64,000 bases of DNA, taken from assembly GCA_018819225.1 (NCBI GenBank), contig JAHJQN010000003.1:160001-224000 (forward strand), given 5' to 3'. Shown one piece after another: positions 1-8,686 of this stretch (the first letter of the stretch is position 1; each line of letters begins with the position of its first letter). The stretch comes from Candidatus Micrarchaeota archaeon. GTDB lineage: Archaea > Micrarchaeota > Micrarchaeia > Norongarragalinales > SBBD01. Position numbers and translations under genes: made by a program. The notes below the pieces were generated by a model. It saw nothing but the letters and a program-made list of their open reading frames with translations, did not search any database and had not been told where the DNA came from.

Positions 1-590
1 AACAAGCCCTTGTGCCGGAGGACGAGTTGATTGCGGGAAAACGCCATGCTTCTCAGCAATCGTTCCGCGTCCACGAGCGAATAAGAGACGCCGGTGAAGT
101 GCGCGTCCCGCAACAAATAGTCGATGCGATCGGTGCCGAACGCGTTTGAAATCACTTCCGCTTTCGGGCCGCGCATCAACTTCAATAGCGAGGTCGGCGA
201 GAAACCGCGTGCTTTGAGGACGTCGGCAATGGAAGAACGCTTGATCTTGTCTTCCCCGAGCTGTTCATGGGTTTTTCCCGCGTGCTTGCGCACCAACGCT
301 TCCGATAAATGGGAAAAAGCGGAATGACCGACATCGTGTAATAATGCGGCGAAGCGCAATAACTGCTGCTCGCTCTTACTGGGAAACAAGCGCTCGGAAA
401 GCAAGGACGTTAAATGAAACGTGCCCAGGCTGTGCTCAAAACGATTGTGCGTAGCCGAAGGATAAACGAGGTAGGCGAGGCCGAGCTGACGCACGTAACG
501 CAGGCGCTGCATGTCCGGGGTATCCAGAACAGCGAGCTCGGCTGCATTCACTTCAATGTTTTGGTGAACCGCGTCCCTAATTATTTTCAT
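1..590 (-). CDS. HD-domain phosphohydrolase (SAMHD1/dNTPase-like), C-terminus truncated by the window edge
   Basis: Manual translation from ATG at 590: MKIIRDAVHQNIE...MQRLRYVRQLGLAYLVYPSATHNRFEHSLG...AALLHDVGHSAFSHLSE...DRIDYLLRD, which are the hallmark motifs of this family. Not in the ORF track because it runs off the window. Confidence 0.9.
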   Translation of the reverse strand, partial: MKIIRDAVHQNIEVNAAELAVLDTPDMQRLRYVRQLGLAYLVYPSATHNRFEHSLGTFHLTSLLSERLFPSKSEQQLLRFAALLHDVGHSAFSHLSEALVRKHAGKTHEQLGEDKIKRSSIADVLKARGFSPTSLLKLMRGPKAEVISNAFGTDRIDYLLRDAHFTGVSYSLVDAERLLRSMAFSRNQLVLRHKGL

Positions 591-672
591 GGCATTTCCC
601 ATCGAATTCGTTAGTCATGCTTTCTTCCTGAGAAAAGTCGCCCCAGAATGATCTTCATGTCGCTCACGATGC

Positions 673-1275
673 CTACAACACGGCTTTGAAGATGCCGCGT
701 TTCTTTTCGATGACGTCGCCATGCTCCTTCATGACTTGCAGCACGGCCAAACAACCGACCTCCTCCATTTTCAGTTGGGAAGCAAGCGTCGGGAGGGGAA
801 CCGCGTCTTCGCCGAGCGCTTGCAGCACGTTACTGGACCATTGATGCAAGTACGTCTCGGAAACCAGGTAAAACTTGCGGTCGAAACCCCGCACTCCGAA
901 AATGCGCTTGCCCTTGATTTGCTGCTCCAGAATTTGGGAGAGACGACGCGCCTCCGTTTCGTTGGGTATGACAAAAAACCCTTGTTTTTTCAGCGTTTCC
1001 TCAGCGGATTCATTCGATTGAACCGGAGGCGTTGGTGAGCGAACCGGAGCAACAATAGAAGCGGAACGGGGAGCCTCTTCAGAAAGACGGGACAACAGTT
1101 CCGTGAACACGTTCTTTTTCACGCGTTCCTCGAGCTGACGCTTTTCAACGAGAGCGAACAGGCCGAGAGACAACTCGAAAAACTCGAATTCATCGTTCTC
1201 TTTCACGGATGCGCTCTGGCGCAGCTTTTCAGGCAGCACGATCGCTAGCGAGTCACCATGTCTGAAAAATCGCAT
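673..1275 (-). CDS. AbrB/MazE-like N-terminal domain protein with C-terminal winged-helix-like region
   Basis: Likely start MRFFRHGDSLAIVLPEKLRQSASVKENDEFEF matches the AbrB/SpoVT pattern; the C-terminus LASQLKMEEVGCLAVLQVMKEHGDVIEKKRG is wHTH-like. Confidence 0.6.
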   Translation of the reverse strand: MRFFRHGDSLAIVLPEKLRQSASVKENDEFEFFELSLGLFALVEKRQLEERVKKNVFTELLSRLSEEAPRSASIVAPVRSPTPPVQSNESAEETLKKQGFFVIPNETEARRLSQILEQQIKGKRIFGVRGFDRKFYLVSETYLHQWSSNVLQALGEDAVPLPTLASQLKMEEVGCLAVLQVMKEHGDVIEKKRGIFKAVL

Positions 1276-1337
1276 AACCCCTCTGCTTTCACTAAGAGGA
1301 GGCGCATTAAAAAAGCGTGCGGCTTGAAAAAATGCGC

Positions 1338-2348
1338 ATGAATCAAACCCTTGCGATATCCGCGGTACTGTTCGCCATCGTGCTGGCAGGCTGCGTTCAA
1401 GAAGACCCGGATGCAGCCGCCATGCAATCCGCTCAAGCAAAGGGCTTGAACTTTTTGGAAACGCTGGATATCCAGCAGGATACGATGACGCCCGGCGAAC
1501 TATACCGGAGCACTGCCGAAGACAAGTATGAAGGGATTTCGGAGCTGGAACTCTATCGTCAAATGGATTTCTACATCAACGTCGCGTATTTGGAAGAGGG
1601 GTTGGAGGACTCGCTACGCTTGCAAGGAAAAATTGAGAAGGCGCACGCGTTATTTGATTCGTTGGTGCCGAAATGGGAGGAAGGAAGCATTGATTACACG
1701 TATTTCGACCCCGGCGGGAAACAGGGGGATTATGCGTTCGACTTGTATTGCATTACCGCGCTGCAACAGAAAAACGAGCGCATGGAAAAAAAAGTCTTGT
1801 CCGAACTATTGGAAGCGGGATGGCATACGCCGGAAGCGCAAGGATTCCGCGTGATCATCGACGAAAGCTGGTGCCTATCCCTGCTGGCAGCGTACCATGA
1901 AGATGAAATGATCCTGAACAAGGAAATGAATGACAAGAAAGAGGCCTTGAGGCGTTTTCGTGAACGCGCCATGGAGGGATTAGACGAGGAACAGGCGTTC
2001 ATTTTCAACTTCCAGAAAACCATGGCCTCCACGCATGTGCTCATGCTGCTGCATCACATGAAAATAAACGGGTACGGAATGGATGAAACTTATGCAAGAG
2101 AATTGCAGCAGCAAATAGCGGAGGAAACGCGCGAAAACATGGAAAAAAAAGATTACCTCGTGAACGCGTTGTACTGGCTATCCGTCACGGATTACGAGGA
2201 CGAAGCGTTTTTGAATCAATTGGCCGCGCGGCTCGTTGAAACGCAGGAAGAGAACGGGGCATGGAAGGCGGCATTTGATTCCGAACACTTTCAAGGGCTC
2301 ATGACCGCCCGCGCACTGCTCGCACTCGAAGAATTCAAGGGAAAATAA
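1338..2348 (+). CDS. secreted/lipoprotein, hypothetical, with a C-terminal QW (prenyltransferase-like) repeat
   Basis: Signal peptide with lipobox-like LAGC; acidic helical body; ETQEENGAW resembles a QW motif. Confidence 0.6.
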   Translation: MNQTLAISAVLFAIVLAGCVQEDPDAAAMQSAQAKGLNFLETLDIQQDTMTPGELYRSTAEDKYEGISELELYRQMDFYINVAYLEEGLEDSLRLQGKIEKAHALFDSLVPKWEEGSIDYTYFDPGGKQGDYAFDLYCITALQQKNERMEKKVLSELLEAGWHTPEAQGFRVIIDESWCLSLLAAYHEDEMILNKEMNDKKEALRRFRERAMEGLDEEQAFIFNFQKTMASTHVLMLLHHMKINGYGMDETYARELQQQIAEETRENMEKKDYLVNALYWLSVTDYEDEAFLNQLAARLVETQEENGAWKAAFDSEHFQGLMTARALLALEEFKGK

Positions 2349-3200
2349 ATGAAAAAAGAACGCTTGCGGTTGTTCGCACTCGCTTTTCTGATCGCGGGAG
2401 GCGCCACGCGCATCATTTCAACCGCATCCAATGCATTCCATTTTCCGTTAACGGTATTGGAAACGCAAGTGTTGCTCACCGCCGGATTCATGGTGTTGTG
2501 GGCGGTGCTGGCTAGGAATCAAGGTGAAAAATGGGGCTTGAAATGGCCGGGAAAAAACGACTGGAAAAAAACATTTGCGGCACTGGGACTGATGTTCATT
2601 ATCGGAATCCTGGGACGCGTCCTGTCACCGGATATGGACGCGTGGTACGCCGGCATTGCCTGGCTGCATGACTGGACGTACGTGCAACAAATGTTGTTGA
2701 CGTGGATTCCGCTCGCCGTGATTTTAGAGGAAGTGGCGGTGCGAGGCATTTTGCAAAGCAAGCTGCAACAACGGTTCTCGCCGAAAATCGCGATCCTGAG
2801 TGCGGCGTTGTTCTTCGCGTTCATGCACGCGTATCTACTAACGTATTCCGCGGCGAACGCGTATGGAATCGCCTCTTTTCTCATGATCATCGCGCAAGCG
2901 TTCTTGATTACGCTGCTGTATTACTGGACGAGGAGTTGGATCGCTACGGGTATTCTGCACCTGGTCGCGAACACGTTCGCTGCTTTTCAAACGTTTTTCC
3001 ACGTCAGCGGACAACTGGAATTGGAATTTTTGATATGGGGAATATGGGCCATCGCGTTAATTGCTTACAAAGACACCGCTGCCCGATTCGTGCAGCAAAG
3101 CATATCCATCATCAAGAAACCGTCGAAGGAAAGCGGGGGGGACTGGATGTTCCTGGCGGTTGTCATCGCACTGCCTCTCGTATTCTTATTCGTATTCTGA
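2349..3200 (+). CDS. CPBP (CAAX type II/Abi) family intramembrane metalloprotease
   Basis: Multi-TM protein with EEVAVRG, FAFMH and HLVAN motifs. Confidence 0.85.
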   Translation: MKKERLRLFALAFLIAGGATRIISTASNAFHFPLTVLETQVLLTAGFMVLWAVLARNQGEKWGLKWPGKNDWKKTFAALGLMFIIGILGRVLSPDMDAWYAGIAWLHDWTYVQQMLLTWIPLAVILEEVAVRGILQSKLQQRFSPKIAILSAALFFAFMHAYLLTYSAANAYGIASFLMIIAQAFLITLLYYWTRSWIATGILHLVANTFAAFQTFFHVSGQLELEFLIWGIWAIALIAYKDTAARFVQQSISIIKKPSKESGGDWMFLAVVIALPLVFLFVF

Positions 3201-3206
3201 AAGCGG

Positions 3207-4679
3207 CTAGAAGCAGCCCCATTGCGTGGGTTCGCAACCTAATGCCTCGGCTTCGTAGACACTTCCCTTCAACAACGGAATCATGAGTGGACTGCCACCC
3301 GGTGGCGGAGGACCGCCCGTGCACGAGGGATCGGTTCCTAGAGGCGTGTTAAGCGTTTGGTCGTCGCTCATGTTACATGCGACAGCACAGCTCCACGCTC
3401 TCCAGTGATACTCCGTGTTCTCCCACATTCCGGATTGATAGACTTCGTGATCCTGAGTGAACGTGGCGTTATAGGACGAATTGAATCCATAGGAAGAATT
3501 GAATCCTATTTCGACCCACGCATCCGAATCCATGTCCGTAACCCAATCAAACGTCACGTTGAAAAGACACGCTTCCACCCATTCCACGTAATTCGCGTCC
3601 ACGTTCGTGATATCTGGAACGTCTTCATCGGGAGGCGGCGGATCCAAACTCGGCGCAAGTTCTCCAGTCCATAATGAATGCGTAATGCTGTGACTGCAGA
3701 GCGCGCCTGCGCAACTCCATACACGGTAATAATAACGCGTGTTCGTGGAAAGCTGGAGAACGGTCTCGAAATGATCCGTTGTCGTCGTGGCATTCAACGT
3801 CGTATTCGTGCCGAATAGTTTCGTCAACCCGTATTCCACCAAACGGTCTGCATCAATATCGGTTTGCCAAGAAACGTTTGCAGCGGAATCGTTTGTTACC
3901 GATCCAACGAGTGAAATGATGGGGAAACTGGCTCCAAGAGTAGGCGTCGGCCCCGGAGTAGGCGTGGGAACGAAACTGTACGTGGGAACCGGACCGGATT
4001 GCGGCCATACCTTGACGTCATCAAATGCGACCAGCACGTTATAGGATTCCAAGGATACGATGCCGCTGACCAACGGCGTATCATCCTCGTAACTCAGGAC
4101 TTCCGTGCCGTCGTGGAAACACGAAATGTCGCTGCCGGACAGTACGATGCCGAGCGCGTGCCAGTTGTCATCCGGTCTGGAAATCAAGAAACCGAACTCG
4201 AGCTCGGTTTGACTGTCTAACGCATCGAATTTCAGCAAGCGAACCGAACCATCCGCTCGAACGTAGCAAACATACCGTTCGTACGAAACGGAGTTGACGC
4301 GGACGCCGACGCCCGCAACCCACGTGCTCTCCGGGCCGCGCTTCTGGTACTGCACTTCATACGCGTAATTGTACCAAGCGGGATCGCCGGTGTGCGCGAG
4401 CTTGAAATCGGCGGTAGTGGATTTTTGTACGAACTCGTTGTTTTCAGGACTCCAGTCGCCGCCGACGCTCTTCCAACGCGTCGCGCCCGTATCAAACGTG
4501 TCGTAAAGCAGGTAAGGGCGAGATCGTTCAAGGAACGCGCTTAAATCGCTGGAGGCTTTCTGAGTGGTTTGAGGAAGCAAATTGCCCCTCAAGAGCAGGA
4601 ATACGAGGGCCACGAACAGGATGATGCTAACGATGATGAATAAATACTCTGCAGACGTCTGACCTCGACGCATAATCAT
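3207..4679 (-). CDS. class III signal-peptide (pilin-like) protein with ConA-like/DUF1080 domain, Pro/Thr linker and two FN3/PAP-N-like domains
   Basis: RRGQTSAEYL plus hydrophobic helix; beta-sandwich ending FDDVKV; PTPTPGPTPT linker; two repeats of W.TD..D..VE.G...H.V....L..NT.Y.(Y/W)R.WSC. Confidence 0.8.
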   Translation of the reverse strand: MIMRRGQTSAEYLFIIVSIILFVALVFLLLRGNLLPQTTQKASSDLSAFLERSRPYLLYDTFDTGATRWKSVGGDWSPENNEFVQKSTTADFKLAHTGDPAWYNYAYEVQYQKRGPESTWVAGVGVRVNSVSYERYVCYVRADGSVRLLKFDALDSQTELEFGFLISRPDDNWHALGIVLSGSDISCFHDGTEVLSYEDDTPLVSGIVSLESYNVLVAFDDVKVWPQSGPVPTYSFVPTPTPGPTPTLGASFPIISLVGSVTNDSAANVSWQTDIDADRLVEYGLTKLFGTNTTLNATTTTDHFETVLQLSTNTRYYYRVWSCAGALCSHSITHSLWTGELAPSLDPPPPDEDVPDITNVDANYVEWVEACLFNVTFDWVTDMDSDAWVEIGFNSSYGFNSSYNATFTQDHEVYQSGMWENTEYHWRAWSCAVACNMSDDQTLNTPLGTDPSCTGGPPPPGGSPLMIPLLKGSVYEAEALGCEPTQWGCF

Positions 4680-4720
4680 TCACAACCTATTTCGAAAGCC
4701 GTTTTTAAAAGCATGTAGGG

Positions 4721-5422
4721 TTAGCACGGCGTGGAACACGCTCGAATGGAATCAAAAAAACCTTCTTTAACGGAGTAAACGCCGAGCAATCCTTCGGAAA
4801 ACGTGTTGTCGGTTGCGGTAAGTTTCTGCACGTCGTTTACATAAACCGTCAACTGGTTGCCGAAAACGTCGACGCGAACCGTTAAACCCGTACCCAACAA
4901 CGCGCCATCAAAACACGTGCTGCACGTGTCAAGCATGGTTACCCCGCTATCCTGCACCAATTGCAGGTTAATGGTTTCGGAAGCAGCCAGCAGCACGACT
5001 TGATAGTAATTCGAGGTATTTTGAGCCCGGAAAATCAATCCAGCGCCTTCAAGGCCCCCCATCGTCCGAATGAGTCCTTGATATGAAAAATCGCTGGGAG
5101 CGCATTGCACAAAAGAAACAAATCCGGAACCCCCATTATCCAGTTGCGCATACTCGCGGTTTTGAACGGACCAGGATCCGCTCACGGGCTCCCAATTCCG
5201 CGCCTGCGTCTTCTCAAAATTATCGTAACACAAATAGGATTTCCCGTACTCGTCCAAGAAGGTGCCGGTCTGGTGGCCAATGTTGTGTTCGGAAGCAGTG
5301 AAAACCCCCGAGCGCAGCATAATGAATACGAGGAGCACGAACAACAACGCGCCCGCAATTAGAAACGTGTACTCCATCGCGGTCTGCGCACGTTTTCCGT
5401 TCAAGCGAAGGGATAAGCTCAT
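4721..5422 (-). CDS. class III signal-peptide protein with ConA-like/DUF1080 domain
   Basis: KRAQTAMEY plus TM; YDNFE...W...SGSW...GLIFRAQ...NYY...FDSIR. ATGA overlap with the upstream gene's stop. Confidence 0.8.
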   Translation of the reverse strand: MSLSLRLNGKRAQTAMEYTFLIAGALLFVLLVFIMLRSGVFTASEHNIGHQTGTFLDEYGKSYLCYDNFEKTQARNWEPVSGSWSVQNREYAQLDNGGSGFVSFVQCAPSDFSYQGLIRTMGGLEGAGLIFRAQNTSNYYQVVLLAASETINLQLVQDSGVTMLDTCSTCFDGALLGTGLTVRVDVFGNQLTVYVNDVQKLTATDNTFSEGLLGVYSVKEGFFDSIRACSTPC

Positions 5423-6111
5423 GTTCCGCACTGCCCCACGCACTGGAATACGCGAATGTTGTCAAAGAACACGGCTTGCGCGTCCACGGGAGACGTGACA
5501 CCGATGTGACCTAACCGCAATGGTTCCGTTAAGTCATTCACCGACAAATACGCGATATTGTTTACGTAGATCGTTACGTTGGTACCATTTGCATCGGCGC
5601 GCAAATAAACGCCTTCTTGCAAGTCACCCGTAAAAGCGGCGGGTCCAGCTAGTAAAGCGGTGTTGCCATCCGTGGTCCGAGTGAGTTGCACGGTGTTGCC
5701 CACGTTCACCATAACCGCGTAGTAATTGGAGGCGTTACGCTTGCGGAAAATCAATCCGCCGTTGGAAGAGGTGCGAATGAACGCATTCATTGAAAAGTTG
5801 TGGAGCGTTACGGCCACCGTGCTATTGCCGGCACCAATGCCCAGGTACTCCGAGTTTTCGATGCCCCACGTGCCTTGATCCGGCGTCCAACGATACGCAT
5901 TGCCGGAGTCAAAGCTCTCGTAAAACAAGTAATAACGGGCATAGTCATTGAAAAAACGGTCCATGTCCGCTGAAATTTTGTGGGAACTGCTGGAGATGAC
6001 GCTGCCGCGCAGCATGAGAATGATCAACAACACGAAAAGAATAGCGCCTCCAATGAGGAACAAGTACTCGGTAGCCGTTTGGCCGCGGTTTTTTTTATGC
6101 ATATCCGACAA
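5419..6111 (-). CDS. class III signal-peptide protein with ConA-like/DUF1080 domain
   Basis: NRGQTATEYL plus TM; GLIFRK...NYY...FFDNIRV. The start may be the ATG at 6102. Confidence 0.8.
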   Translation of the reverse strand: MSDMHKKNRGQTATEYLFLIGGAILFVLLIILMLRGSVISSSSHKISADMDRFFNDYARYYLFYESFDSGNAYRWTPDQGTWGIENSEYLGIGAGNSTVAVTLHNFSMNAFIRTSSNGGLIFRKRNASNYYAVMVNVGNTVQLTRTTDGNTALLAGPAAFTGDLQEGVYLRADANGTNVTIYVNNIAYLSVNDLTEPLRLGHIGVTSPVDAQAVFFDNIRVFQCVGQCGT

Positions 6112-6173
6112 CCTGAAAAGGAAACGGATGAGGAGTTAAAAAACGCGAGGGATCGCTATGCAAAGCCCCACCA

Positions 6174-7262
6174 TCAGCAGGGATCCTTGATAAGGGATTC
6201 ACACTGGGCGTCAGGCGGATTCGTGCAGGAGGTCATGTTGCAGATGAAATGATCTCCTGCCATTAAAGCGCAACTGGGAGGAAGCGTAATGACGTGGCGA
6301 GCGACCGCAGCCGGGTTGAATCCGCTCGTCCAAACCCCCGGGGAAAAAAATCGGCTGTACGACCCGTTGGAATCCGAAGTCAGATTGGAGTCCCACGTAA
6401 ACCTCCACCATTTACCGTTTAGGCATTCCGTCGAGTAATTGCTATACAGAATGAGATTGGGAGTGCACGTTCCAATACAGCAAACATCACTGCCGGTGCA
6501 CGAACCTCCGGCGTCCAGCGAGCAGGAAAGGTAGTTGTTGCAATCGTCCAGACAGACACCTGCACAGGAAGGAGAAGGTGCGACCGGGAAGTAATCGAGT
6601 TGAGGCAATTCCGTGATGCGCACGTCATCAAAACGTACTTCGGAATTTATGGATATCAAGCCGGCTTCCCCGGACGGAAAATCAAAATCAACGACGCTAA
6701 TCTCCGTCCCGCCGGAAGAGCAACGAATATTCTCTCCCTCGACCGTTATCTTGATCAAGAACCATTTGCTTTCCGGATCCGGACTGAGGATAGCGGACGC
6801 TAAATCGTTGTAAGTGTCTCCCGTCACTTTATAGCGGCGGAGTTTCAACACATTGTTTTCCACCACGCAATCATAATATTCTTGGCCCGTAAATCGCGCG
6901 ATCACTCCGGCTGTCCCAGCAGCATTCGTGCGCTTGATAAGCGCCTCAACCGCGTACTGGTTCCACGTGGAATCGCCGACAATGGAGATCCCTCGAGTAT
7001 TATCTTGTTGAACGTACTCCCCGTTATCCACGTCCCATGTGCCTGACTTGACTTTCCATTTGTACGCGTTCCCGACATCGTATGATTCGTATAAACGATA
7101 CGGCTTTCCGAATTCGTCCAGGAAATGCGCGGTTTCCCCGCCCGTCTTGTCTTCAATCGAAGGAATCAGCTCGCCCTTGATGACGAGAAACATGAATAGA
7201 GTAAAGAAGATGACGCCGGCTACGAGAATCAAGTACTCGGTTGCGGTTTGCGCGCGGCGCAT
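6174..7262 (-). CDS. class III signal-peptide protein with ConA-like/DUF1080 domain and Cys-rich C-terminus
   Basis: MRRAQTATEYL plus TM; ...VRFDDVRI; Cys-rich tail. Confidence 0.8.
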   Translation of the reverse strand: MRRAQTATEYLILVAGVIFFTLFMFLVIKGELIPSIEDKTGGETAHFLDEFGKPYRLYESYDVGNAYKWKVKSGTWDVDNGEYVQQDNTRGISIVGDSTWNQYAVEALIKRTNAAGTAGVIARFTGQEYYDCVVENNVLKLRRYKVTGDTYNDLASAILSPDPESKWFLIKITVEGENIRCSSGGTEISVVDFDFPSGEAGLISINSEVRFDDVRITELPQLDYFPVAPSPSCAGVCLDDCNNYLSCSLDAGGSCTGSDVCCIGTCTPNLILYSNYSTECLNGKWWRFTWDSNLTSDSNGSYSRFFSPGVWTSGFNPAAVARHVITLPPSCALMAGDHFICNMTSCTNPPDAQCESLIKDPC

Positions 7263-7269
7263 GAAAGCA

Positions 7270-7863
7270 TTACGCCTTCAGGCTTTTAAAAAGCTCGGCG
7301 AGGCGTTGCAGCTCCCCCGCATTCTTCTCGACGGAAAGCGAGTTGTCGAAGAACTTGACGTTGCACGCGTAACGCATGCCGACGTGCAACGCCGCAATGC
7401 GCTCGCAGAATAATGCCTCCTCAATCTCTTTCCGCGAATTCATTTCGCGCTTCCTTCCGGCTTTCAAATCCTTTTCCCGGCGCTCCGAAATCGCTTTCGG
7501 AGACGCTTCCACGAGAAACACGAAATCGGGTTTCAACACGTCCGAAACGGAATCCGGCGAACCCGGAAGGTACGCGTGATGGGGAATCGTGTAAATGAAG
7601 CCGTGCGTGTTCAAGAAAACGAGTTTTTCCTTGTCGGCGAGCGCGCGAATGCGTTTCGAGGCCTCTTCCCGTATCCGCACTTGGATTTCAGGAGGCAACG
7701 CCGCGATTTGCTCGCGGTCGGAAATGCCTTCCTTTTCCTTCGCGATCTCGAGCATGACATCGCCGTAAGAGATCTCGCGAATGGCGTTCTGTAATGGCTT
7801 GTTGAGCTCGCGGATGACGTGGCTTTTACCTACGGCCTTGATTCCTAGCGTGAAAACCAACAT
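7270..7863 (-). CDS. adkA: archaeal adenylate kinase
   Basis: N-terminal P-loop GIKAVGKS, YGDVM and NTH...YLPG motifs typical of archaeal AdkA. Confidence 0.8.
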   Translation of the reverse strand: MLVFTLGIKAVGKSHVIRELNKPLQNAIREISYGDVMLEIAKEKEGISDREQIAALPPEIQVRIREEASKRIRALADKEKLVFLNTHGFIYTIPHHAYLPGSPDSVSDVLKPDFVFLVEASPKAISERREKDLKAGRKREMNSRKEIEEALFCERIAALHVGMRYACNVKFFDNSLSVEKNAGELQRLAELFKSLKA

Positions 7864-7953
7864 GTAACTCCCTCGAATCCGTTTAGTGACAGCGAATAAG
7901 GCGAAGGGGCGTTATCTTAATATTAATAATGGTTGACCCTCCTTAGAGACAAG

Positions 7954-8090
7954 GGGCTCGTAGCTCAGCTCGGAAACCTTTTCCGTTCCGGAGGAGGTTG
8001 GGCAACAGAGCGTCCGGCTTTTATTTCCAGGCCTAGAACGGTTTGGATGAAGAAACCGGAGGGTCGTGGGTTCGAATCCCACCGAGCCCG
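7954..8090 (+). tRNA. tRNA-Lys(UUU) with two introns (7974-8005 in the D-loop; 8024-8054 at canonical 37/38)
   Basis: Acceptor stem GGGCTCG/CGAGCCC plus G; D-stem GCTC/GAGC; anticodon stem TCCGG/CCGGA with CT-TTT-A; T-arm GTGGG-TTCGAAT-CCCAC. Both inserts form bulge-helix-bulge-type motifs. Confidence 0.93.
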
Positions 8091-8157
8091 TTCAAGTCAT
8101 GAGGGTAAGGCGTGATCGATTCTTTAGTCGAGCTTTCTTCCGAAGAAAGGTCGTTCG

Positions 8158-8174
8158 GAATCCCACCGAGCCCG
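8158..8174 (+). repeat. 17-bp direct repeat of the tRNA-Lys 3' end (8074-8090)
   Basis: GAATCCCACCGAGCCCG is identical at 8074-8090 and 8158-8174. Confidence 0.9.
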
Positions 8175-8199
8175 CTTATGTTATTTTGAAGTGACTGGA

Positions 8200-8574
8200 A
8201 TGAAAGTGATTTTGGATACCAATTTTTTGATGTTGCCCGTGCAGAAAAACGTGGATATTTTTGAGGAAGTGGAGCGGAACGTGGATGAAAAATCGGAATT
8301 CATTGTTTTGCGCTCGTCCTTGAAAGAATTGCGGGCGCTGAAGGGAAAAGATCGGTTGAAAGCGAGGGCCATGATTCAATTCATTGAAAATAATCCCGCG
8401 ATAACGATTCGGGAAGAGGAAGGGCGAACCGACCATCTCATCATCCACTTGGCGAAATCGTGGAAAGAGAAGCTGATCGTGGGCACGAACGACCGCGCGC
8501 TGAAAACCCGTGTGAAAGCAGCAGGAGCCGGCGTGCTGGTGCTGAGAGGAAACGCGAGCCTGCAAAAGCTCTAA
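8200..8574 (+). CDS. PIN-domain protein (Fcf1/Utp24-like)
   Basis: MKVILDTNFLM...EL...D...VGTNDRALK; this gene normally precedes rpoE1 in archaea. Confidence 0.85.
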   Translation: MKVILDTNFLMLPVQKNVDIFEEVERNVDEKSEFIVLRSSLKELRALKGKDRLKARAMIQFIENNPAITIREEEGRTDHLIIHLAKSWKEKLIVGTNDRALKTRVKAAGAGVLVLRGNASLQKL

Positions 8575-8686
8575 TTCAAAGGGGGGTCAGCAAGCCTTTT
8601 ATATACGTTTCGAGACATACTTGTTTCCTCTTGTTCCCAATTTTTTCAGGGGTTAGAAGGAAGCATATAGACCGGTGGGTGAAACC

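Noticed and set aside
2349-3200. Prepilin peptidase for the neighbouring class III proteins
   Set aside because: Motifs are CPBP metalloprotease (EExxxR, FxxxH), not the GxGD aspartic type of PibD/EppA.
8149-8174. Second tRNA gene or split-tRNA half
   Set aside because: Only the 3' 17 nt are repeated; the 5' strand of the T-stem is missing and no complementary leader for trans-splicing was seen.
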